A DNA stretch of 64,000 bases from Eledone cirrhosa. Taxonomy: Eukaryota. A program made the translations under genes and the position numbers. This document shows positions 42,863-55,914 of the stretch, piece after piece. Numbering within the stretch: position 1 is the stretch's first letter; the number at the start of each line of letters is the position of its first letter. Below the pieces are notes generated by a model. It did no database searches, was not told where the DNA came from, and saw only the letters and a list, made by a program, of their open reading frames with translations. The stretch covers positions 3,782,001 to 3,846,000 of the forward strand of contig OZ024740.1 of NCBI GenBank assembly GCA_964016885.1, written 5' to 3'.

Positions 42863-42898
42863 TCCCCTGAATAAAGGAATTGTTCGAAATGACCGGGG
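42863..42898 (+). ncRNA. Degenerate minimal type I hammerhead-like motif in the PLE pLTR
   Basis: TCCC-CTGAATA-AAGGAATTGTTC-GAAA-TGACC-GGGG: stem I TCCC/GGGG, stem II GAA/TTC, minimal stem III; sense to the ORF as expected for PLE hammerheads, but G8 and U16.1 deviate. Confidence 0.45.
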
Positions 42899-43334
42899 CA
42901 GGCCGCACTTGCTACATTTCTCCCTACCCAACCCTACTCACCGTCTCAACTCAGTACTGCTATTAACACTTTTTCAACACACCTACACCCATACACTTAT
43001 TAAAGGGGGATAAAAAAAACCCACCACACCACAGACATGTTAAATCCCTATATATAGAACAACACACCACATACACATTAGTTTGACAAGCGCACCTCAG
43101 CGTGAAAGGTCGTTCTAAAAACGAAACAATACCTCCTACGTTAACCAAGAACTCCTAAGACCTAACCAACAACCGACAACTTAATTTCTAAAATAATTTT
43201 TTTTAAGAAAGAAAAAAAAAAAAAATTTTTTTTTCTAATCCGGAAAAAAATTCTTTTTGGATTTTGTGAAGAAAATAAATTTGTTGAAAGCACAAGTGAA
43301 GCCATTTTTTCTTCCCCCCTGTCTTAATATATAT

Positions 43335-43535
43335 AACGAAGGAGGTGTGGTAAGGAACCAGATGGACCATAATGATCCAGAGTACTCAATACTGAGGGTA
43401 GTAGTGTGGGTAATAGGAAAATGTTTAACCCCAACGGCGGCAGAGCTCAACCCGTTTCGACGGCTATTTCTGGACTACCAGAAATAGCCATCAAAACGGC
43501 TTGAGCTCTGCCGTCGGGTATTAAACATTTTCCTA
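43335..43535. mobile_element. Hairpin-plus-tail mini-element, copy 1 (~78-nt unique leader + ~60-bp inverted arms), flanked by (TA)n
   Basis: Arms 43413-43473 / 43478-43536; homologous to 54927-55111. Confidence 0.75.
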
Positions 43536-43581
43536 TATATATATAAGTTCTGAGGCGAGGCTGTGTGGTTACTGAAAACGA

Positions 43582-43613
43582 AGTGTTAGAAGGTAATTAG
43601 GACACAAACAAGA
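43582..43613 (+). repeat. 32-nt inverted repeat, left copy
   Basis: AGTGTTAGAAGGTAATTAGGACACAAACAAGA, 30/32 identical to the reverse complement of 54871-54902. Confidence 0.85.
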
Positions 43614-43724
43614 GAAGACAAGAAACCTGTATTTTTGTATTTACTGCTGTGACCTCCTCTCTATAGGTCTTGTTGATTTCCTGTCAATGGCTGGACTTAT
43701 GTCCCACCATGCTTTCGGATCGAC

Positions 43725-43960
43725 TCCCTCCTTTTCTCTCTCTCTCTTTCTCTACCCCCTCTCTCTCTCTCTCTCTCTTTTCTTCCCAATCCATTTGCTT
43801 GTTTTCAGCCTGGTCACACATATCGTAAACCCCTTTTCGATTAACTCCCTTTCCCTTCTCCTCCCTCTCTCTACCTATCCCTCTTACTCACCCCCTTTGC
43901 CCTCTACCCCCTCTCACTTCCGGCTCCTCCAGCTTTCTCTCTCTCTACACTCACTTTCCT
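43725..43960. repeat. Pyrimidine-rich (CT)n low-complexity tract
   Basis: Direct reading. Confidence 0.85.
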
Positions 43961-44045
43961 GAGAAAGACTTTGCTCTGCTGTTATCACTGCCACCGGGCT
44001 TATACTCATCGGCGGACTATAATTTATTCCACTTTCTCTTCAGTT

Positions 44046-47000
44046 ACTCACATACATGTGACATTGTCCTGTGTTCCACTCACAAACATGTGACATTGTC
44101 CTGTGTCCCACTCACATACATGTGACATTGTCCTGTGTCCCACTCACATACATGTGACATTGTCCTGTGTCCCATTCACATACATGTGACATTGTCCTGT
44201 GTCCAACTCACATACATGTGACATTGTCCTGTGTCCCACTCACATACATGTGACATTGTCCTGTGTCCCACCTCGATACAAGTGACATTGTCCTGTGTCC
44301 CACTCACATACATGTGACATTGTCTTGTGTCCCACTCACATACATGTGACATTGTCCTGTGTCCCACTCACATACATGTGACATTGTCCTGTGTCCCATT
44401 CACATACATGAGACATTGTCCTGTGTCCCACTCACATACATGTGACATTGTCCTGTGTCCCACTCACATACATGTGACATTGTCCTGTGTCTTACTCACA
44501 TACATGTGACATTGTCCTGTGTCCCACTCACATACATGTGACATTGTCCTGTGTCCCATTCACATACATGTGACATTGTCCAGTGTCCCACTTACATACA
44601 TGTGACATTTCCTGTGTTCCACTCACATACATGTGACATTGTCCTGTGTCCCACTCACATACATGTGACATTGTCCTGTGTCCCACTCACATACATGTGA
44701 CATTGTCCTGTGTCCCACCTAGATACATGTGACATTGTCCTGTGTCCCACTCACATACATGTGATATTGTCCAGTGTCCCACTCACATACATGTGACATT
44801 GCCTGTGTCCCACTCACATACATGTGACATTGTCCTGTGTCCCACCTAGATACATGTGACATTGTCCTGTGTCCCACTCACATACATGTGACATTGTCCT
44901 GTGTCCCACTCACATAATTGTGACATTGTCCTGTGTCCCACTCACATACATGTGAAACTGTCTGGTGTCCCACTCACATGAATGTGACATTGTCCAGTGT
45001 CCCACTCACATACATGTGACATTGTCCTGTGTCCCACCTAGATACATGTGACATTGTCCTGTGTCCCACCTAGATACATGTGACATTGTCCTGTGTCCCA
45101 CCTAGATACATGTGACATTGTCCTGTGTCCCACTCACATACATGTGACATTGTCCAGTGTCCCACTCACATACATGTGACATTGTCCAGTGTCCCACTCA
45201 CATACATGTGACATTGTCCAGTGTCCCACTCACATACATGTGACATTGTCCTGTGTCCCACCTAGATACATGTGACATTGTCCTGTGTCCCACTCACATA
45301 CATGTGACATTGTCCTGTGTCCCACCTAGATACATGTGACATTGTCCTGTGTCCCACTCACATACATGTGACATTGTCCTGTGTCCCACTCACATACATG
45401 TGACATTGTCCTGTGTCCCACTCACATACATGTGACATTGTCCTGTGTCCCACCTAGATACATGTGACATTGTCCTGTGTCCCACTCACATACATGTGAC
45501 ATTGTCCTGTGTCCCACTCACATACATGTGACATTGTCCTGTGTCCCACCTAGATACATGTGACATTGTCCAGTGTCCCACTCACATACATGTGACATTG
45601 TCCAGTGTCCCACCTAGATACATGTGACATTGTCCTGTGTCCCACTCACATACATGTGACATAGCCTGTGTCCCACTTACATACATGTGACATTGTCCTG
45701 TGTCCCACTCACATACATGTGACATTGTCCTGTGTCCCACTCACATACATGTGACATTGTCCTGTGTCCCACTCACATACATGTGACATTGTCCTGTGTC
45801 CCACCTAGATACATGTGACATTGTCCTGTGTCCCACTCACATACATGTGACATTGTCCTGTGTCCCACCTAGATACATGTGACATTGTCCTGTGTCCCAC
45901 TCACATACATGTGACATTGTCCTGTGTCCCACTCACATACATGTGACATTGTCCTGTGTCCCACTCACATACATGTGACATTGTCCTGTGTCCCACCTAC
46001 ATACATGTGACATTGTCCTGTGTCCCACTCACTTACATGTGACATTGTCCTGTGTCCCACTCACATACATGTGACATTGTCCTGTGTCCCACCTAGATAC
46101 ATGTGACATTGTCCTGTGTCCCACTCACATACATGTGACATTGTCCTGTGTCCCACTCACATACATGTGACATTGTCCTGTGTCCCACTCACATACATGT
46201 GACATTGTCCTGTGTCCCACTCACATACATGTGACATTGTCCTGTGTCCCACTCACATACATGTGACATTGTCCTGTGTCCCACCTAGATACATGTGACA
46301 TTGTCCTGTGTCCCACTCACATACATGTGACATTGTCCTGTGTCCCACCTAGATACATGTGACATTGTCCTGTGTCCCACTCACATACATGTGACATTGT
46401 CCTGTGTCCCACTCACATACATGTGACATTGTCCTGTGTCCCACCTAGATACATGTGACATTGTCCTGTGTCCCACTCACATACATGTGACATTGTCCTG
46501 TGTCCCACTCACATACATGTGACATTGTAGTGTGTCCCACCTAGATACATGTGACATTGTCCTGTGTCCCACTCACATACATGTGACATGGTCCTGTGTC
46601 CCACTCATATACATGTGACATTGTCCTGTGTCCCACTCACATACATGTGACATTGTCCTGTGTCCCACTCACATACATGTGACATTGTCCTGTGTCCCAC
46701 TCACATACATGTGACATTGTCCTGTGTCCCACTCAAAAACATGTGACATTGTCCAGTGTCCCACTCACATACATGTAACATTGTCCTGTGTCCCACTCAA
46801 AAACATGTAACATTGTCCAGTGTCCCACTCACATACATGTAACATTGTCCTGTGTCCCACTCAAAAACATGTGACATTGTCCTGTGTCCCACCTAGATAC
46901 ATGTAACATTGTCCAGTGTCCCACTCAAAAACATGTGACATTGTCCTGTGTCCCACCTAGATACATGTAACATTGTCCTGTGTCCCACTCAAAAACATGT

Positions 47001-50000
47001 GACATTGTCCAGTGTCCCACTCACATACATGTAACATTGTCCTGTGTCCCACTCAAAAACATGTGACATTGTCCAGTGTCCCACTCACATACATGTAACA
47101 TTGTCCAGTGTCCCACTCACATACATGTAACATTGTCCTGTGTCCCACTCACATAAATGTGACATTGTCCAGTGTCCCACTCACATACATGTAACACTGT
47201 CCAGTGTCCCACTCACATACATGTAACATTGTCCAGTGTCCCACTCACATACATGTGACATTGTCCTGTGTCCCACTCACATACATGTGACATTGTCCAG
47301 TGTCCCACTCACATACATGTGATATTGTCCTGTGTCCCACTCACATACATGTGACATTGTCCTGTGTCCCACTCACATACATGTAACACTGTCCAGTGTC
47401 CCACTCACATACATGTGACATTGTCCTGTGTCCCACTCACATACATGTGACATTGTCCTGTGTCCCACCTAGATACATGTGACATTGTCCTGTGTCCCAG
47501 TCATATACATGTGACATTGTCCTGTGTCCCACCTAGATACATGTGACATTGTCCTGTGTCCCACTCACATACATGTGACATTGTCCTGTGTCCCACTCAC
47601 ATACATGTGACATTGTCCAGTGTCCCATTCACATACATGTGACATTGTCCTGTGTCCCACTCAGATACATGTGACATTGTCCTGTGTCCCACTCACATAC
47701 ATGTGACATTGTCCTGTGTCCCATTCACATACATGTGACATTGTCCTGTGTCCCACTCACATACATGTGACATTGTCCTGTGTCCCACTCACATACATGT
47801 GACATTGTCCTGTGTCCCATTCACATACATGTGACATTGTCCTGCGTCCCATTCACATACATGTGACATTGTCCTGTGTCCCACTCACATACATGTGACA
47901 TTGTACGGTGTCCCAATCACATACATGTGACATTGTCCTGTGTCCCACCTAGATACATGTGACATTGTCCTGTGTCCCAGTCATATACATGTGACATTGT
48001 CCTGTGTCCCACCTAGATACATGTGACATTGTCCTGTGTCCCACTCACATACATGTGACATTGTCCTGTGTCCCACTCACATACATGTGACATTGTCCAG
48101 TGTCCCACTCACATACATGTAACATTGTCCAGTGTCCCACTCCCATACATGTGACATTGTCCTGTGTCCCACCTAGATACATGTGACATTGTCCTGTGTC
48201 CCACTCACATACATGTGACATTGTCCAGTGTCCCACTCACATACATGTGACATTGTCCTGTGTCCCACTCACATACATGTAACATTGTCCTGTGTCCCAC
48301 TCACATACATGTAACATTGTCCAGTGTCCCACTCACATACATGTGACATTGTCCAGTGTCCCACTCACATGCATGTGACATTGTCCTGTGTCCCACTCAC
48401 ATACATTTACATTGTCCAGTGTCCCACTCACATACATGTGACATTGTCCTGTGTCCCACTCACATACATGTGACATTGTCCTGTGTCCCACTCACATACA
48501 TGTGACATTGTCCAGTGTCCCACTCACATACATGTGACATTGTCCTGTGTCCCACTCATATACATGTGACATTGTCCTGTGTCCCACCTAGATACATGTG
48601 ACAATGTCCTGTCTCCCACTCACATACATGTGACATTGTCCTGTGTCCCACTCACATACATGTGACATTGTCCTGTGTCCCACTCACATACATGTGACAT
48701 TGTCCAGTATCCCACTCACATACATGTGACATTGTCCTGTGTCCCACTCACATACATGTGCCATTGTCCAGTGTCTCACTCACATACATGTGACATTGTC
48801 CTGTGTCCCACTCACATACATGTGACATTGTCCAGTGTCCCACTCACATACATGTGACATTGTCCTGTGTCCCACTCACATACATGTGACATTGTCCTGT
48901 GTCCTACTCACATACATGTGACATTGTCCTGTGTCCCACTCACATACATGTGACATTGTCCAGTGTCCCACTCACATACATGTGACAGTGTCCTGTGTCC
49001 CACTCACATACATGTGACATTGTCCTGTGTCCTACTCACATACATGTGACATTGTCCAGTGTCCCACTCACATACATGTGACATTGTCCTATGTCCCACT
49101 CATATACATGTGACATTGTCCTGTGTCCCACTCACATACATGTGACATTGTCCTGTGTCCCACTCATATACATGTGACAATGTCCTGTCTCCCACTCACA
49201 TACATGTGACATTGTCCTGTGTCCCACTCACATACATGTGACATTGTCCTGTGTCCCATTCACATACATGTAACATTGTCCAGTGTCCCACTCCCATACA
49301 TGTGACATTGTCCAGTGTCCCACTCACATACATGTGACATTGTCCTGTGTCCCACTCACATACATGTGACATTGTCCAGTGTCCCACTCACATACATGTG
49401 ACATTGTCCAGTGTCCCACTCACATACATGTAACATTGTCCAGTGTCCCACTCACATACATGTGACATTGTCCTGTGTCCCACTCACATACATGTGACAT
49501 TGTCCTGTGTCCCATTCACATACATGTGACATTGTCCTGTGTCCCACCTAGATACATGTGACATTGTCCTGTGTCCCACTCACATGAATGTGACATTGTC
49601 TTGTGTCCCACTCACATACATGTGACATTGTCCTGTGTCCCACTCACATACATGTGCCATTGTCCTGTGTCCCACTCACATACATGTGACATTGCCTGTG
49701 TCCCACTCACATACATGTGACATTGTCCAGTGTCCCACTCACATACATGTGACATTGCCTGTGTCCCACTCACATACATGTGACATTGTCCTGTGTCCCA
49801 CTCACATACATGTAACATTGTCCTGTGTCCCACTCACATACATGTGACATTGTCCAGTGTCCCACTCACATGCATGTGACATTGTCCTGTGTCCCACTCA
49901 CATACATGTGACATTGTCCTGTGTCCCACTCACATACATGTGACATTGTCCTGTGTCCCACTCACATACATGTGACATTGTCCAGTGTCCCACTCACATA

Positions 50001-53000
50001 CATGTAACATTGTCCAGTGTCCCACTCACATACATGTGACATTGTCCTGTGTCCCACTCACATACATGTGACATTGTCCTGTGTCCCACTCACATACATG
50101 TGACATTGTCCTGTGTCCCACTCACATACATGTGACATTGTCCTGTGTCCTACTCACATACATGTGACATTGTCCAGTGTCCCATTCACATACATGTGAC
50201 ATTGTCCTGTGTCCCACTCACATACATGTGACATTGTCCTGTGTCCCACTCACATACATGTGACATTGTCCTGTGTCCCATTCACATACATGTGACATTG
50301 TCCTGTGTGCCACTCACATACATGTGACATTGTCCTGTGTCCCACTCACATACATGTGACATTGTCCTGTGTCCCATTCACATACATGTGACATTGTCCT
50401 GCGTCCCATTCACATACATGTGACATTGTCCTGTGTCCCACTCACATACATGTGACATTGTCCGGTGTCCCATTCACATTCATGTGACATTGTCCTGTGT
50501 CCCACCTAGATACATGTGACATTGTCCTGTGTCCCAGTCATATACATGTGACATTGTCCTGTGTCCCACCTAGATACATGTGACATTGTCCTGTGTCCCA
50601 CTCACATACATGTGACATTGTCCTGTGTCCCACTCACATACATGTGACATTGTCCAGTGTCCCATTCACATACATGTGACATTGTCCTGTGTCCCACTCA
50701 CATACATGTGACATTGTCCTGTGTCCCACTCACATACATGTGACATTGTCCTGTGTCCCATTCACATACATGTGACATTGTCCTGTGTCCCACTCACATA
50801 CATGTGACATTGTCCTGTGTCCCACTCACATACATGTGACATTGTCCTGTGTCCCATTCACATACATGTGACATTGTCCTGCGTCCCATTCACATACATG
50901 TCACATTGTCCTGTGTCCCACTCACATACATGTGACATTGTCCGGTGTCCCATTCACATACATGTGACATTGTCCTGTGTCCCACCTAGATACATGTGAC
51001 ATTGTCCTGTGTCCCACCTAGATACATGTGACATTGTCCTGTGTCCCACTCACATACATGTGACATTGTCCTGTGTCCCACTCACATACATGTGACATTG
51101 TCCAGTGTCCCACTCACATACATGTAACATTGTCCAGTGTCCCACTCCCATACATGTGACATTGTCCTGTGTCCCACCTACATACATGTGACATTGTCCT
51201 GTGTCCCACTCACATACATGTGACATTGTCCAGTGTCCCACTCACATACATGTGACATTGTCCTGTGTCCCACTCACATACATGTAACATTGTCCTGTGT
51301 CCCACTCACATACATGTAACATTGTCCAGTGTCCCACTCACATACATGTGACATTGTCCAGTGTCCCACTCACATACATGTGACATTGTCCTGTGTCCCA
51401 CTCACATACATTTACATTGTCCAGTGTCCCACTCACATACATGTGACATTGTCCTGTGTCCCACTCACATACATGTGACATTGTCCAGTGTCCCACTCAC
51501 ATACATGTGACATTGTCCTGTGTCCCACTCATATACATGTGACATTGTCCTGTGTCCCACCTAGATACATGTGACAATGTCCTGTCTCCCACTCACATAC
51601 ATGTGACATTGTCCTGTGTCCCACTCACATATATGTGACATTGTCCTGTGTCCCACTCACATACATGTGACATTGTCCAGTATCCCACTCACATACATGT
51701 GACATTGTCCTGTGTCCCACTCACATACATGTGCCATTGTCCAGTGTCTCACTCACATACATGTGACATTGTCCTGTGTCCCACTCACATACATGTGACA
51801 TTGTCCAGTGTCCCACTCACATACATGTGACATTGTCCTGTGTCCCACTCACATACATGTGACATTGTCCTGTGTCCTACTCACATACATGTGACATTGT
51901 CCTGTGTCCCACTCACATACATGTGACATTGTCCAGTGTCCCACTCACATACATGTGACATTGTCCTGTGTCCCACTCACATACATGTGACATTGTCCTG
52001 TGTCCTACTCACATACATGTGACATTGTCCAGTGTCCCACTCACATACATGTGACATTGTCCTATGTCCCACTCATATACATGTGACATTGTCCTGTGTC
52101 CCACTCACATACATGTGACATTGTCCTGTGTCCCACTCATATACATGTGACAATGTCCTGTCTCCCACTCACATACATGTGACATTGTCCTGTGTCCCAC
52201 TCACATACATGTGACATTGTCCTGTGTCCCATTCACATACATGTAACATTGTCCAGTGTCCCACTCCCATACATGTGACATTGTCCAGTGTCCCACTCAC
52301 ATACATGTGACATTGTCCTGTGTCCCACTCACATACATGTGACATTGTCCAGTGTCCCACTCACATACATGTGACATTGTCCAGTGTCCCACTCACATAC
52401 ATGTAACATTGTCCAGTGTCCCACTCACATACATGTGACATTGTCCTGTGTCCCACTCACATACATGTGACATTGTCCTGTGTCCCATTCACATACATGT
52501 GACATTGTCCTGTGTCCCACCTAGATACATGTGACATTGTCCTGTGTCCCACTCACATGAATGTGACATTGTCTTGTGTCCCACTCACATACATGTGACA
52601 TTGTCCTGTGTCCCACTCACATACATGTGCCATTGTCCTGTGTCCCACTCACATACATGTGACATTGCCTGTGTCCCACTCACATACATGTGACATTGTC
52701 CAGTGTCCCACTCACATACATGTGACATTGCCTGTGTCCCACTCACATACATGTGACATTGTCCTGTGTCCCACTCACATACATGTAACATTGTCCTGTG
52801 TCCCACTCACATACATGTGACATTGTCCAGTGTCCCACTCACATGCATGTGACATTGTCCTGTGTCCCACTCACATACATGTGACATTGTCCAGTGTCCC
52901 ACTCACATACATGTGACATTGTCCTGTGTCCCACTCACATACATGTGACATTGTCCTGTGTCCCACTCACATGCATGTGACATTGTCCTGTGTCCCACTC

Positions 53001-54623
53001 ACATACATGTGACATTGTCCTGTGTCCCACTCACATACATGTGACATTGTCCTGTGTCCCACTCACATGCATGTGACATTGTCCTGTGTCCCACTCACAT
53101 ACATGTGACATTGTCCTGTGTCCCACTCACATGCATGTGACATTGTCCTGTGTCCCACTCACATACATGTAACATTGTCCTGTGTCCCACTCACATACAT
53201 GTGACATTGTCCAGTGTCCCACTCACATGCATGTGACATTGTCCTGTGTCCCACTCACATACATGTGACATTGTCCTGTGTCCCACTCACATACATGTGA
53301 CATTGCCTGTGTCCCACTCACATACATGTGACATTGTCCTGTGTCCCACTCACATACATGTGACATTGCCTGTGTCCCACTCACATACATGTGACATTGT
53401 CCAGTGTCCCACTCACATACATGTGACATTGTCCTGTGTCCCACCTAGATACATGTGACATTGTCCTGTGTCCCACTCACATACATGTGACATTGTCCTG
53501 TGTCCCACTCACATACATGTGACATTGTCCAGTGTCCCACTCACATGCATGTGACATTCTCCTGTGTCCCACTCACATGCATGTGACATTGTCCTGTGTC
53601 CCACTCACATACATGTGACATTGCCTGTGTCCCACTCACATACATGTGACATTGTCCAGTGTCCCACTCACATACATGTGACATTGTCCAGTGTCCCACT
53701 CACATACATGTGACATTGTTCAGTGTCCCATTCACATACATGTGACATTGTCCTGTGTCCCACTCACATACATGTGACATTGTCCAGTGTCCCACTCACG
53801 TACATGTAACATTGTCCAGTGTCCCACTCCCATACATGTGACATTGTCCTGTGTCCCACTCACATGCATGTGACATTGTCCTGTGTCCCACTCACATACA
53901 TGTGACATTGCCTGTGTCCCACTCACATACATGTGACATTGTCCAGTGTCCCACTCACATGCATGTGACATTGTCCTGTGTCCCACTCACATACATGTGA
54001 CATTGCCTGTGTCCCACTCACATGCATGTGACATTGTCCTGTGTCCCACTCACATATATGTGACATTGCCTGTGTCCCACTCACATACATGTGACATTGT
54101 CCAGTGTCCCACTCACATACATGTGACATTGTCCTGTGTCCCACCTAGATACATGTGACATTGTCCTGTGTCCCACTCACATACATGTGACATTGTCCAG
54201 TGTCCCACTCACATACATGTGACATTGTCCTGTGTCCCACTCACATGCATGTGACATTGTCCTGTGTCCCACCTAGATACATGTGACATTGTCCTGTGTC
54301 CCACTCACATACATGTTACATTGTCCTGTGTCCCACCTAGATACATGTGACATTGTCCTGTGTCCCACTCACATACATGTGACATTGTCCTGTGTCCCAC
54401 TCACATACATGTGACATTGTTCAGTGTCCCATTCACATACATGTGACATTGTCCTGTGTCCCACTCACATACATGTGACATTGTCCAGTGTCCCACTCAC
54501 ATACATGTGACATTGTTTAGTGTCCCATTCACATACATGTGACATTGTCCTGTGTCTCACTCACATACATGTGACATTGTCCTGTGTCCCACTCACATAC
54601 ATGTGACATTGTCCTGTGTCCCA
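44046..54623. repeat. 32-bp tandem satellite, consensus ACTCACATACATGTGACATTGTCCTGTGTCCC, about 330 monomers
   Basis: Continuous 32-bp periodicity with recurrent variants (CCTAGATAC, GTCCAGTG, CAAAAAC, 31-bp ATTGCCTG). Confidence 0.99.
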
Positions 54624-54812
54624 ACTCATAGCTGTATGTTTACTTCATTTGTTTCCTCTTTTCTTTTTTTTCTTCTTCCTCTCTCTTCATTATCACTTCC
54701 TTCCCTCGAGGCCTTTTGATGGATAAAAGGCCATGGGTGCACTACAGATAGATGTTCTGTTTCAAGCACCCAAACATCTATGATCCATAGTAAAGAGCTG
54801 ATGAAGGGATAC

Positions 54813-54874
54813 TTTTCTTTTCTTTTCTTTTCTTTTCTTTTCTTTTCTTTTCTTTTCTTTTCTTTTCTTTTCTT
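54813..54874. repeat. (TTTTC)n microsatellite
   Basis: Direct reading. Confidence 0.95.
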
Positions 54875-54902
54875 GTTTGTGTCCCGATTACCTTCTAACA
54901 CT
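54871..54902 (-). repeat. 32-nt inverted repeat, right copy
   Basis: TCTTGTTTGTGTCCCGATTACCTTCTAACACT; partner of 43582-43613. Confidence 0.85.
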
Positions 54903-54926
54903 ATATATAAATATATATATATATAT

Positions 54927-55111
54927 AATGAAGGAGGTGTGGTAAGGAACCAGATGGACCATAACGCATCAGAGTACTCAATACGTAAGGTAGTAGGAAA
55001 AATTCAGGACCCTAACGGCAGAGCTGAAGCTGTTTCGATGGCTATTTCAGTCCAGAAATAGCCGTCGAAACAGCTTCAGCTCTGCTGTGGGGGTCCTGAC
55101 ACTTTTTCCTA
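54927..55111. mobile_element. Hairpin-plus-tail mini-element, copy 2, flanked by (TA)n
   Basis: Same leader GAAGGAGGTGTGGTAAGGAACCAGATGGACCATAA as copy 1; arms 54994-55048 / 55055-55111. Confidence 0.75.
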
Positions 55112-55400
55112 TAAACATATATATATATATATATTATTATTATTATTATTATTATTGTGGAATAAATCATTTTATTGACACTTCATAAAGAAGGGTTTCT
55201 AATAGATGAACTGAGGGATCAATGGATGGTGAGTAAAGAGGAGTTTAAAGGGATAAGTTTGGTGAAGCTGGAGAGATAAGACACACATGTAAAGACATGA
55301 ATAGACACTGCCACAGATATGTGACACATACAAACCTGAGCTACTAAAATAGAGACCCTTTCATATGGCAGGAAGTAAAGTTGATCAGTGGTGTAGCATT

Positions 55401-55569
55401 GATGTTAGTGCTGATGATGATGACGATGGTGAAGGTAGTGACTTGATGGTGAAGATGATGATGATGGTGATGGTGGTGATGGTAATGATTGTGATTGGTG
55501 GAGATGATAATGGTATAGATGGTTACTTGATGGTGGTGGTGATGATGGTGGTGGTGATGATGGTGATGA
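55401..55569. repeat. (GAT/GGT)n trinucleotide microsatellite
   Basis: Direct reading; explains the poly-His and poly-Met/Val ORFs. Confidence 0.93.
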
Positions 55570-55710
55570 CAAATGGCATATTTCACTGAATAGTTCCAAC
55601 AGAGAACATTTTCCAAAGTTTACTTCCAAAACAACCCAACCACAACAACAATAGCAACAATAACATTTACTGATAAATGATAACAAAAAGTGAAAAAATA
55701 TAATTAATTG

Positions 55711-55886
55711 TTTCTACTTTAGGCACAAGGCCAGCAATTACCCAGTGCATTACTGGTACTTTATTTTATCGACCCCGTAAGGATTAAAGGCAAAGTCAAC
55801 CTCGGCGGGATTTGAACTCAGATCGTAAAGGGACGTCACTATGCGTCAAAGCATGGCGTCCGTCCCTCTACCGATACTGCCAATCC
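55711..55886 (-). mobile_element. tRNA-derived SINE (octopus OR-type), internally deleted
   Basis: Minus strand A-box-like TGGCAGTATCGG (55871-55882), B-box GTTCAAATC (55809-55817), body GAGGTTGACTTTGCCTTTAATCCTTACGGGGTCGATAAAATAAAGTACCAG and end GCTGGCCTTGTGCCTAAAGTAGAAA; family name from recall. Confidence 0.8.
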
Positions 55887-55914
55887 AATAATTAATATAA
55901 CTGAATTAGTGAAG

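Larger units (their letters stand above)
37183..43331 (+). mobile_element. Penelope-like element (PLE), probably Naiad clade, 5'-truncated, with inverted pseudo-LTR arrangement, inserted in (TA)n
   Basis: RT + GIY-YIG remnant at 39165-40974; 37217-39164 is the reverse complement of 40883-43331 (apart from a nested insert and microsatellite length changes); TA runs at both outer ends. Confidence 0.92.
40883..43331 (+). repeat. Right (sense) arm of the PLE: EN C-terminus plus ~2-kb microsatellite-rich 3' UTR/pLTR, without the 34-nt tail
   Basis: Reverse complement of 37217-39164; ends ...CCCCCTGTCTTAATATA. Confidence 0.95.

Noticed and set aside
37217-43331. DNA transposon with long TIRs and TA target duplication
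   Set aside because: The internal coding region is RT plus GIY-YIG, and the arms include the ORF's 3' end, so they are inverted PLE 3' copies
44176-54158. Cys/His-rich repeat proteins (MSHVCEWDTGQCH...)
   Set aside because: Chance open frames in the 32-bp satellite created by single variants
54797-54815. Hammerhead core CTGATGA-AGGGATAC
   Set aside because: No stem II closure or GAAA follows (it runs into TTTTC repeats); at most a fragment
55344-55686. Poly-His, poly-Met/Val and Ser/Pro ORFs
   Set aside because: Products of the GAT/GGT microsatellite
55800-55886. tRNA gene
   Set aside because: A- and B-boxes are present, but I saw no cloverleaf and the sequence continues into a SINE body
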